DNA of 12,905 nt. Source: Parachlamydiaceae bacterium. Its GTDB lineage: Bacteria > Chlamydiota > Chlamydiia > Chlamydiales > Parachlamydiaceae. Position 1 is the first letter of the stretch, and every line of letters begins with the position of its first letter. The notes beneath the pieces were generated by a model that worked only from the letters and a program-made list of their open reading frames with translations, was not told where the DNA came from and ran no database searches. Of this stretch, positions 1 through 7,107 are shown piece by piece. A program made the translations under genes and the position numbers. The DNA lies in assembly GCA_030147755.1 (NCBI GenBank), contig JASBUW010000062.1, positions 1 through 12,905 of the forward strand, read 5' to 3'.

Positions 1-50
1 CTCGGTCTGGGCTAATGCAGTTATAGTGCTACCGCACAAAGGGCAAACAG
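1..50. repeat. Partial copy, cut by the window edge, of the 70-bp arm of the palindromic element at 6776..7048. Positions 1..38 match 6981..7018 with one mismatch, and similarity decays by about position 50.
   Basis: Direct comparison: ctcggtctgggctaatgcagtTatagtgctaccgcaca at 1..38 versus ctcggtctgggctaatgcagtGatagtgctaccgcaca at 6981..7018. Confidence 0.7.
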
Positions 51-74
51 TCTATGTACACAGTGAACTTATAC

Positions 75-126
75 GTGCAACTGTAAAATGGAAGATTTAT
101 ATACTCATTCTACTTTACAGTTGCAC
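75..126. repeat. Hairpin formed by a 13-bp perfect inverted repeat, gtgcaactgtaaa (75..87) and tttacagttgcac (114..126), with a 26-nt AT-rich loop.
   Basis: The reverse complement of 75..87 equals 114..126 exactly. Confidence 0.45.
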
Positions 127-138
127 ATCGCGTAAGGA

Positions 139-197
139 CTAGGGTGTGTCCGAAAATTGCTAATTTAGGCCATTATGAATTTTCGGACACGCCCTAG
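139..197. repeat. GC-rich hairpin with 20-bp inverted-repeat arms (139..158 and 178..197, one mismatch) and a 19-nt loop. It abuts the stop codon of the minus-strand MORN gene and may act as a transcript 3' end or a repeat element.
   Basis: ctagggtgtgtccgaaaatt pairs with aattttcggacacgccctag. The MORN ORF stop codon is at 199..201 on the minus strand. No U-tract follows on the minus strand. Confidence 0.5.
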
Positions 198-198
198 G

Positions 199-750
199 CT
201 ATTTATCTTTTTTAAGTTTACCGTTGACAAACTTACCTTGCTCTACAGTACCATCAGGATAAGTTATTTTTAATTGACCGCTATACCACTTATCATATGT
301 TATTCTTGAATGATCAAAATCTCCTTCAATGGTTAACCCATTGCGATATTTCACGATTCCTGGACCATGCAAATCATCCTGAGAATATTCACCTTCTTCA
401 GATTCTATACTTCCTATAGCATGCGTCACTTTACCATGACCATCAAGCTGACCATCTTTAAAATTTCCTTCAACTGTCGCTCCACTGGCTAAAAAACTTG
501 CAAAAATAATTTTAGCTTGCCCGTTGACTTTATCTAGAGATATCCATTTTTCCGGTTCGCCATTTTGAATGATTTTGACTTGTTTGATGGACCACCATGT
601 GTACTTCACGACGGCATATATAGCCACATCTATAAGAATGATTGCAGCCACCATTAAAGCTACTTGTCGTTGAACAGGCGTCAGTTTTATACTAGCACAC
701 ATCGCTTGCATATAACTTGACGTAGAATTGGATAAAATCTGAATAGACAT
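199..750 (-). CDS. MORN-repeat membrane protein with an N-terminal transmembrane helix and about four MORN repeats.
   Basis: A hydrophobic segment VALMVAAIILIDVAIYAVV is followed by repeated Yx/G-x-G-x-HG-x-G units, for example EGNFKDGQLDGHGKVT, YSQDDLHGPGIVKYRNGLTIEGDF and YSGQLKITYPDGTVEQGKFVNGKL. A Shine-Dalgarno-like AAAGGA sits 8 nt upstream of the ATG. Confidence 0.7.
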   Translation of the reverse strand: MSIQILSNSTSSYMQAMCASIKLTPVQRQVALMVAAIILIDVAIYAVVKYTWWSIKQVKIIQNGEPEKWISLDKVNGQAKIIFASFLASGATVEGNFKDGQLDGHGKVTHAIGSIESEEGEYSQDDLHGPGIVKYRNGLTIEGDFDHSRITYDKWYSGQLKITYPDGTVEQGKFVNGKLKKDK

Positions 751-997
751 AATAAATGTCCTTTAATTTATTTTATTGATAATAATTTATATTAAAACTA
801 TTATTAACTTAATTTGGATGTAGCACATTTATAAATAATTCTCAACGTAAATCAAAAATAGCCATCTTTATTCCTTTAATAACAGAATCGATAAAATCAA
901 ACACAAGAACTATTTCTATCTATCAATTAACAAAGAATGACATTTTAGTTTAAACACAATTAAAAAACAATAGCTTTATTTAATAAATAACAACTAC

Positions 998-1312
998 TCA
1001 GTCAGTTGTAATTTGATTTGAAAAATTAACTTGATCCAAATATTTAACTTCGATGTGATCAAACAAGGCTCTAATGCGTGGAGAATAATAAGCCAGATGA
1101 GCAGATTTTTTATGAGCTGTATTCGCCTCTTCATTGATATAGCGTTCTAAAACAATATAAGTAGTGGGATCTTCTTGCATTTGATATAAATCAAAAAATA
1201 AACATCCCGGTTCATTTTTTTTAATTTCAGCCACCATTTCGGTAAACATTTTTTTAAATTCAACATCCAAACCTGGCTTCACTCTAATTGTTTTTATTCC
1301 TGCCACTGTCAT
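998..1312 (-). CDS. Antibiotic-biosynthesis-monooxygenase (ABM / YgiN-like) domain protein.
   Basis: Length of about 100 aa with an ABM-like beta-alpha-beta pattern. A Shine-Dalgarno AAGGAG lies upstream. The start overlaps the marR stop as ATGA, which suggests translational coupling. Confidence 0.55.
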   Translation of the reverse strand: MTVAGIKTIRVKPGLDVEFKKMFTEMVAEIKKNEPGCLFFDLYQMQEDPTTYIVLERYINEEANTAHKKSAHLAYYSPRIRALFDHIEVKYLDQVNFSNQITTD

Positions 1313-1755
1313 GATTTCTCCTTTATGCCTATATGGTAAGCAATTTTATATAAAATATGTTGTAAAGCTTTCTTTTCTTTCGCATCTAACATAGAGAAAA
1401 ATTCTCGATCATTCTCTTCTGCAAACTGCATCAGCTTCGGGACCAAGTCTCGTGCCTTTTTTGTTAGATTAAGTGGCGTGTGACGCCGGTCTTCACCTAC
1501 GCTGCGTTCAATAAAATCACGTTGAACCAATTTTTCTACTGTGCGGCTGATCGCACCTCTATCAATGCCTACTTGTTCCGCTATGGAAGAAGGTGTTGCT
1601 TGTTTATCGTGAAATAAGATGTTTAACACACACCATTCAGGAATAGAGACATCCACCTTCTCTAGCTTAGCTAGAAAAGCATTATGCATTTCGTTGGACA
1701 GCCGACGCAACCAAAATCCAACACGATCTTGTAAGCGATAGTTTTTATTTTCCAT
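1309..1755 (-). CDS. MarR-family transcriptional regulator.
   Basis: A winged-HTH MarR signature, ...PEWCVLNILFHDKQATPSSIAEQVGIDRGAISRTVEKLVQRDFIERSVGEDRRHTPLNLT, and a length of 148 aa. Confidence 0.85.
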   Translation of the reverse strand: MENKNYRLQDRVGFWLRRLSNEMHNAFLAKLEKVDVSIPEWCVLNILFHDKQATPSSIAEQVGIDRGAISRTVEKLVQRDFIERSVGEDRRHTPLNLTKKARDLVPKLMQFAEENDREFFSMLDAKEKKALQHILYKIAYHIGIKEKS

Positions 1756-1761
1756 AATACC

Positions 1762-1790
1762 AATATAATTGACGCGTCAATTATTGACAA
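1762..1790 (-). promoter_or_regulatory. Putative marR promoter and operator. A perfect 16-bp palindrome AATTGACGCGTCAATT (1767..1782) lies inside the spacer of a sigma70-like promoter on the minus strand, with -35 TTGTCA, a 17-nt spacer and -10 TATATT. This gives a near-leaderless marR transcript.
   Basis: Palindrome and promoter hexamers read directly from the sequence. MarR proteins characteristically autoregulate through palindromic operators that overlap their own promoter. Confidence 0.5.
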
Positions 1791-1795
1791 CACAT

Positions 1796-2446
1796 TTAAT
1801 AATAAATAGGGGCATATAGAGTATGAAGCTGCTCATAAAAAGCAGCCCATTCTCGATCCCCATAAGAGAAATGCCACCACTCTCCATAGAAGGGGGCAAA
1901 TCCTTCTGCAAGCATAGCATCATGCAGTAAACGACGGTTTTCAGCTTGTGTTTCATTTATATGAGAAGAAAAAGTGGGAAGTAATTCAATACGACTAAAA
2001 TCTGCTATCGTTCCTCCCATATCGATTTCTTTTCCCTCTCGACTGATGCTCACATCCACAGCACCACCTGTAGGATGCCCTGCAACGGATGGCAATGCTA
2101 CAAATTGATGAGTGAGTTCCTCAAGAGCGTCACAAGTTAACTGAGGATATTCTCGACTTAAAGTTAAGAATTGCTGTAAATAATAGTGCTCTTGATAAAA
2201 AGGATGACGATAACCTTCTGTTACGATTAACGTTAAATCTGTATCTTGAGATAAGAGTCGTTCTTGCACATTGTAAAGCTTATCTGCAAGCATTTTTCTC
2301 ATAAAAATTTTCTGAAAATGAGAATCTGTTCTCCGATAATCACAAAAGATTTGAGGATACACTTGAGCAAGATCGATCATCTGCTCTCCATTCTCTTGAA
2401 CAGAAATATTTTTTAAATCTTGTAAACGCATAATACGTTGATTCAT
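1796..2446 (-). CDS. D-alanyl-D-alanine dipeptidase of the peptidase M15D, VanX/DdpX family.
   Basis: Carries the zinc-site motifs of VanX-type enzymes, namely an H-x6-D site (AGHPTGGAVDVS) and EWWHF. The length of 216 aa fits DdpX. A Shine-Dalgarno GGAGA lies 7 nt upstream. Confidence 0.75.
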   Translation of the reverse strand: MNQRIMRLQDLKNISVQENGEQMIDLAQVYPQIFCDYRRTDSHFQKIFMRKMLADKLYNVQERLLSQDTDLTLIVTEGYRHPFYQEHYYLQQFLTLSREYPQLTCDALEELTHQFVALPSVAGHPTGGAVDVSISREGKEIDMGGTIADFSRIELLPTFSSHINETQAENRRLLHDAMLAEGFAPFYGEWWHFSYGDREWAAFYEQLHTLYAPIYY

Positions 2447-2458
2447 TTTTTATCTCCG

Positions 2459-3343
2459 TTAAACTAGTTGAGAACGATTGATCATGTCGATATTTGCTTT
2501 ACCGGCATTGTAAGGACGATTAGAGGAATCTTTACCAAATTGAAAGGTATAAAACATAATATTCACTTTTTTTTGAACTTGATTGCCTAATTTTTCTTGC
2601 AAAAGTACGGTAATATCTTGAGCAAAACTGTTCAAAGGATCTTGATAATAGTCTGCTTCATTGTTCGGCAGTGCAAATACGAGGTTCACTTCACTTGAAG
2701 AATTAGATAAGCTCTCTTCCAGTAAGCGATTAACTAAATAACACCCCTCTACATACTGTAAAGCAGAATATTCTTTGCTACAATCACGTTCATATTCATT
2801 TTCTAGAATCGGACAAGCATTTTCAAATACTTGTCCAATTTTGATATTCACTTCATCAAATTGTTTGCTTTTTTGAAAAATAAACTCTCTTTTTAAGACG
2901 GTTTCCTTAAAGTAAGCACAAATTTTTGCATTCTCTTCTGTCTTTAACCACTTAAAAAAATCACTAGATTTAAAACACTTAATGCGCAGTTGTTCTACTT
3001 TAGCAATCTCATTAATCCTATCTGCATTCAGGTTAAAATCTTCTATTTTTGTTTCGCTAGATTTCAATGCTCTCCAAGCTGTCAGATCATACAAGACACA
3101 CGCAGCTTGATTACGAAGATCTAAAATTTTCTTCAGATCTTTACGATAATAATTGGCGGCTTGTTCTCGCAAACCATAAGCACCCATATACCACAAGATT
3201 ACTTGTGGTTGATCAATCTTGGCAATTTCATTGATTAAAGCAGTTCGAGTCAAATTCTTTTTAAATGCGACATTTACTTGCAGGTCTACTGTCTGCTGGA
3301 TTTTACTTTCTCCTAAGAGAGTTTGTGTATTGATAGCAACCAT
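2459..3343 (-). CDS. Hypothetical 294-aa protein with no recognisable motif. It sits in an operon between the racemase and the dipeptidase genes.
   Basis: A long ORF with a strong Shine-Dalgarno AAGGAG 6 nt upstream. The gaps to its neighbours are 16 nt and 12 nt. It has no transmembrane segment, no signal peptide and no obvious nucleotide-binding motif. Confidence 0.6.
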   Translation of the reverse strand: MVAINTQTLLGESKIQQTVDLQVNVAFKKNLTRTALINEIAKIDQPQVILWYMGAYGLREQAANYYRKDLKKILDLRNQAACVLYDLTAWRALKSSETKIEDFNLNADRINEIAKVEQLRIKCFKSSDFFKWLKTEENAKICAYFKETVLKREFIFQKSKQFDEVNIKIGQVFENACPILENEYERDCSKEYSALQYVEGCYLVNRLLEESLSNSSSEVNLVFALPNNEADYYQDPLNSFAQDITVLLQEKLGNQVQKKVNIMFYTFQFGKDSSNRPYNAGKANIDMINRSQLV

Positions 3344-3359
3344 AAAAAACTCCTTTTAA

Positions 3360-4091
3360 TTATTTATTTTTAAAAACAAGACGACAAATTTTTTCAGCAA
3401 CGATTTGATTGGGATCCACAACACAAAAGCGCGTATCCAATCCATTTAACAGCAGAGGAAACTGTTCATTGAAAACAGAGAACTCCGTACAGCCAAGAAC
3501 AAGTCCAATTTTTGCATCTCCTTGCTCTGCAAGATAAGCATTGAGCTGATTCACTAATGCCTGCGCATCTTCTTTGGATTGCTTTCCAGCTAAAATCTGA
3601 TCAATACAACTTTGTACTTGTGTTTGAAAAGCTTGAGACGGGTATTGGCAATCAAAATACTTTTTGTGTAATTGACATTCCGCTGCTGTAGTGGAACACA
3701 ACACGAGAGTGTTCTCTATTTGATTTTGCTTGAGCATCCAAGCCGTCTCTTCAATCATGTGAAGGAAAGAACGAGGTTTAGTTATCGAGGGATCTAAAAA
3801 CTCGTGTAAAGTATTGCACGCAATCGCAGCCACCTCAATATCGTTTCGCAGAAAGTTAAATAAACACTCATTCAACTGTTCTTTCAGCAATGTTTTTTGA
3901 GTGCGATCAGGATTTTGCAACATCTGTGCAAAAGGGTAGCTCAACAGCATAATAGACGGAAAATCAGCATCCGCTTGACAACTGTATCGCTTCTGGCAAA
4001 TTTGTATGATTTTTTGGAATAACAGAGCCCCTGCCATGGGACCTGCCCCTCCAATAATTCCGACGCGCGGAAAATTAGATTGCATTAACAT
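3360..4091 (-). CDS. Asp/Glu/hydantoin-racemase superfamily enzyme, either an aspartate racemase or a YgeA-like broad-specificity amino-acid racemase.
   Basis: An N-terminal GIIGGAGPMAG motif and the two catalytic-cysteine motifs ACNTLH and LGCTEF. The length of 243 aa is close to the roughly 230 aa of YgeA/RacD. Confidence 0.8.
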   Translation of the reverse strand: MLMQSNFPRVGIIGGAGPMAGALLFQKIIQICQKRYSCQADADFPSIMLLSYPFAQMLQNPDRTQKTLLKEQLNECLFNFLRNDIEVAAIACNTLHEFLDPSITKPRSFLHMIEETAWMLKQNQIENTLVLCSTTAAECQLHKKYFDCQYPSQAFQTQVQSCIDQILAGKQSKEDAQALVNQLNAYLAEQGDAKIGLVLGCTEFSVFNEQFPLLLNGLDTRFCVVDPNQIVAEKICRLVFKNK

Positions 4092-4235
4092 ATCATTTCT
4101 TTTTTAAATTTTAATTACAAAAATAATTAAATTATTCAAATTCATGAATAATTAAAAAATTAACATCACAATAAAATGTGCAAATTAAATTTGAAATTTA
4201 ATTAAAATTGAACGATTGCTTATTAAAAGCAAAAA

Positions 4236-4361
4236 TTAGCAAGAATGATGATGATGAGAAAAATGAAAAGACAAGAGAATAGAAGACAAGTTAGCACATA
4301 GTGCTAGGCTAGACATAGATTGTTTTATAGTAAAGCACAAAGGCTTTTCAATAGTTTGCAT
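4236..4361 (-). CDS. Possible small protein of 41 aa, MQTIEKPLCFTIKQSMSSLALCANLSSILLSFHFSHHHHSC, with a near-consensus Shine-Dalgarno sequence. It lies upstream of the racemase operon on the same strand.
   Basis: GGAGGT lies 7 nt before the ATG at 4361. The C-terminus is His-rich (HFSHHHHSC). It is absent from the ORF track because it is under 60 aa. Confidence 0.3.
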   Translation of the reverse strand: MQTIEKPLCFTIKQSMSSLALCANLSSILLSFHFSHHHHSC

Positions 4362-4470
4362 ATTTGCTACCTCCATTAATGAAGAGATACTCTCTTCGTT
4401 TTTTAATTGTATTCGAAATTAGAATTAAAAACAATAAATTTAGAAAACAATTAAAGGCTAACGCATTTTA

Positions 4471-4639
4471 GTGGACAAAAAGACAAACGACACTAAGGAC
4501 ACCAAGGACCTTAAGGACAAACAAAGTGGACAGTGGACGCTTGTAGACAAAAAATGTTTATTCCTGTTCACAAGCGTCCACTGTCCACTTTGTCCTTAAG
4601 GTCTTTGGTGTCGTTAGTGTCGTTTGTCCTTTTGTCCAC
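4471..4639. repeat. Long imperfect palindrome. The arms are 4471..4544 and 4570..4639 (about 70 bp, 3 mismatches plus a 4-nt indel) around a 25-nt loop. It is rich in GACAAACGACA, AAGGAC and GTGGACAG sub-repeats and sits just 3' of the flotillin gene.
   Basis: The reverse complement of 4570..4639 aligns with 4471..4544. The flotillin stop codon is at 4664. Confidence 0.7.
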
Positions 4640-4663
4640 TACCTAGAAAGCAATTTATTTCAT

Positions 4664-6013
4664 TTATTTTGTGCGATTGCCATTCAGAGGCTCTCCACTC
4701 ACCTTTCCTAAATATTCAGGCAGTTCTAAACCGGCCAACGAGGCAATATCATGTAAAGCAGGCAAAGATTTTGTGAATTGACTAATAAAATGAGAAGTAG
4801 ATGATCCTTTTCCTGCTTCAGCGCTTCCACTATCCCACACCGTGATTTTGTCAATTTTGATATTCTTGATCGCTTCCACTTGAAGCTTCACAATTTCTTC
4901 AAGTTTTTCTATCAAAAGCATCGTCGCAGCACTCTTTGCATCTTCTCCGCAGGCTTCAAACAATTGCTTATACCCTTGCGCTTTTGCATCTAGCAATTTG
5001 CGAATCCCTTCTGCTTCTGCTTGCTTGATGGCTAGAATGGATTCTGCTTCTCCACGGGCAAGCAAGATTTGACTATTGGCTTGAGCTTCCGCTTCAATTT
5101 CGATTTTCCTCTTCTGAATCTCTTGCGGCACAATTTGCTCTGCTTCTAAAAATTGCGTTTGCGCTAAAGCACGTGCTTTTTGAATTTCAACTTCTGCTTG
5201 TTGTTTAGCCACTTGACTACGTTGTGCTGCTTCAGCTTCTCTTTCAGCTAAGATCGCATTTGTCAATGCAATTTGCGCTTTGGAATCATTTTCTCCTTTC
5301 ACAGCTTCTGCATTATAAGAAGCCACTGAAACGCGTCGATCTTTTTCTGCTAATGCTTTTCCAATTTCCCCTTGTTTCTCTTGTTCAGCCACATCCACTT
5401 TGGCTTGGTTCACAGCCATAGAAGAAGCTTTTCTTCCAATACTACTAATATACTCTGATTCATCCGTAATATCCGTGATATTGACGTTCAAGAGCGTTAA
5501 ACCAATTTTGTGCAGCTCTGGCTCAATATTATTCTTAATCGCTTCTAGGAATCTTTCACGGTCTTGATTAATCTCTTCAATACGCAGAGAAGCCACTGTT
5601 AAACGTAATTGACCAATAATAATTTCTGTCGCCATCGATTCAATTTCTTTATGATCCAATTCTAAAATGCGGATGGCAGCATTATTCATGATATCTGGTG
5701 TGACTCCCACAGCAACTGTAAACGTACTTGGCACATTAATACGAATATTTTGATGAGAAAGAGCGCCTCTTAAAGGGATGTGAATGGTACGTGGAGTTAA
5801 ATCTAAAAAGGCATAACCTTGAATCAAAGGCCAAATAAACGTTCCTCCCCCATGATAGCACTGAACTGTTTTTCTGCCCGACACACGTCCATAGACCACT
5901 AACACTTTATTAGAAGGGCATCGACGATAAAGTTTCGCTAGAAAATACATCGTTGAAAAAATAAAAATCAGAAATCCAAGCACTGCAATGCTTAAATAAG
6001 ATTGTTCAATCAT
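4664..6013 (-). CDS. Flotillin-like SPFH/band-7 protein of the YqiK/FloA family, with an N-terminal transmembrane segment and a long EA-rich coiled coil.
   Basis: An N-terminal hydrophobic helix, an SPFH domain and a long Ala/Glu/Gln-rich coiled coil (EAEAQANSQILLARGEAESILAIKQAEAEGIRKLL) typical of flotillins. A Shine-Dalgarno AGGTGAGAG lies upstream. Confidence 0.85.
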   Translation of the reverse strand: MIEQSYLSIAVLGFLIFIFSTMYFLAKLYRRCPSNKVLVVYGRVSGRKTVQCYHGGGTFIWPLIQGYAFLDLTPRTIHIPLRGALSHQNIRINVPSTFTVAVGVTPDIMNNAAIRILELDHKEIESMATEIIIGQLRLTVASLRIEEINQDRERFLEAIKNNIEPELHKIGLTLLNVNITDITDESEYISSIGRKASSMAVNQAKVDVAEQEKQGEIGKALAEKDRRVSVASYNAEAVKGENDSKAQIALTNAILAEREAEAAQRSQVAKQQAEVEIQKARALAQTQFLEAEQIVPQEIQKRKIEIEAEAQANSQILLARGEAESILAIKQAEAEGIRKLLDAKAQGYKQLFEACGEDAKSAATMLLIEKLEEIVKLQVEAIKNIKIDKITVWDSGSAEAGKGSSTSHFISQFTKSLPALHDIASLAGLELPEYLGKVSGEPLNGNRTK

Positions 6014-6029
6014 CTCTCACCTACTTATT

Positions 6030-6644
6030 TTAAATGGTTGTGACAACAACCGTATGATTATCGAGTTTTTTAATAATTTGAACACGTGTAAAAGAAGAAA
6101 GCTCTTCTTGATGGAGAGAAACGGCATCAATTTCATGTGTGAAATTTTGAAGAGAAAGAGTGATTTTACCTTTTCCTTCTTTAGGAATGCGCTGATAAAC
6201 AAAAGCTTCTTTTCCGACGGCTTCTTCAATATTGAAAATACTTCCTGGGCTATGAAGTTTCTTTGCCATTTTAAAAATCGAACTTGTGACGAGGATTGTC
6301 AATATACCCACTAAAAAAGCAATCAACAAGGTGGGCATTAGGGGCAAATTGAATTCATGCTGACAAGCTAAGCCTGTCCAGCCAAACATCATCAAAAAAC
6401 CACTGAGAGCTTGTCTAGACAGCCATTTAAATTTAAGCGCATCGATAGCAATTTCATCGATATGCTCTTCTGTTAGTCCAAATAAATTTAAGAGGAATTG
6501 AATGAGGATCATGCCTGAGCCAACTAAAGCACAGAACCAAAGAATGGCTTCATAGTTAATTAAATTTTTTAAAATGAGAAGATATTCCATATCAAAAACC
6601 ATTAACTTACAAAGAGTTGTCTTATAGTTTGATCCTCCTTTCAA
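6030..6644 (-). CDS. NfeD/YqiJ-like membrane protein that partners the flotillin. It has transmembrane helices and a C-terminal OB-fold beta domain. The start is uncertain: TTG at 6644, or ATG at 6602 or 6590.
   Basis: Several hydrophobic helices, then a C-terminal beta-rich segment GKEAFVYQRIPKEGKGKITLSLQNFTHEIDAVSL. Its stop is 16 nt upstream of the flotillin start, the usual yqiJ-yqiK arrangement. The codon at 6644 is TTG and the first in-frame ATG is at 6602. Confidence 0.6.
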   Translation of the reverse strand: MKGGSNYKTTLCKLMVFDMEYLLILKNLINYEAILWFCALVGSGMILIQFLLNLFGLTEEHIDEIAIDALKFKWLSRQALSGFLMMFGWTGLACQHEFNLPLMPTLLIAFLVGILTILVTSSIFKMAKKLHSPGSIFNIEEAVGKEAFVYQRIPKEGKGKITLSLQNFTHEIDAVSLHQEELSSFTRVQIIKKLDNHTVVVTTI

Positions 6645-6775
6645 TTAATTGCAAACAAAATGTAGATCTATTTTTTCCATGATAAAATTTTAATGATACG
6701 CGAAGCGTTTGGAGCCCCCAAGCAACTTCGTTGCTAATATCAAAAAGTAACAGTGATCTTTTTAGTAGTTGGTTA

Positions 6776-7048
6776 AAGTATACTTAAAAAGACTGGTTTT
6801 ATCTGTGCGGTAGCACTATCACTGCATTAGCCCAGACCGAGCGCGTTTAGCGCTTGTTCTGGGATTTAATGCATAACCTATTGCACTGCGGTTAGCAGTG
6901 CTACAAGGGCGCCGACTAGTTGCACTGCTAACCGCAGTGCTAATCAAATGGCATTATTTACCCACAACGAGCGCTACACGCGCTCGGTCTGGGCTAATGC
7001 AGTGATAGTGCTACCGCACAGATAAAACCAGTGTTTTTAAGTATACTT
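6776..7048. repeat. Composite palindromic repeat element of about 273 bp, resembling a MITE or repetitive extragenic palindrome. The 70-bp inverted arms (6776..6845 and 6979..7048) differ by one mismatch. Their ends carry the self-complementary 10-mer AAGTATACTT. The core contains a nested 19-bp inverted repeat (6883..6901 and 6922..6940). A second partial copy lies at 1..50.
   Basis: Direct reverse-complement comparison of the arms. The element is GC-richer than the surrounding sequence, lies in the psd-nfeD intergenic region and contains no ORF. Confidence 0.8.
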
Positions 7049-7107
7049 TGATCAATTACTAAAAAACACTTTAAAAGAGCGAGCTAATAACAATGTTTAG
7101 TTACTCA

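Noticed and set aside
4381-4403. Plus-strand intrinsic terminator (7-bp stem gaagaga/tctcttc followed by GTTTTTT).
   Set aside because: No plus-strand gene lies upstream to terminate. It is more plausibly 5'-UTR structure of the minus-strand small ORF, or a chance occurrence, so it is reported only within that finding.
5224-5421. 65-aa plus-strand ORF.
   Set aside because: It lies entirely inside the flotillin gene on the opposite strand. It has a low-complexity L/Q-rich translation that mirrors the EA-rich coiled coil, and no ribosome-binding site.
6017-6314. ORFs 6017..6229 (-) and 6054..6314 (+).
   Set aside because: They overlap the 3' part of the NfeD-like gene in alternative frames or on the opposite strand. 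They have Lys/Phe-rich low-complexity translations typical of AT-rich out-of-frame reads.
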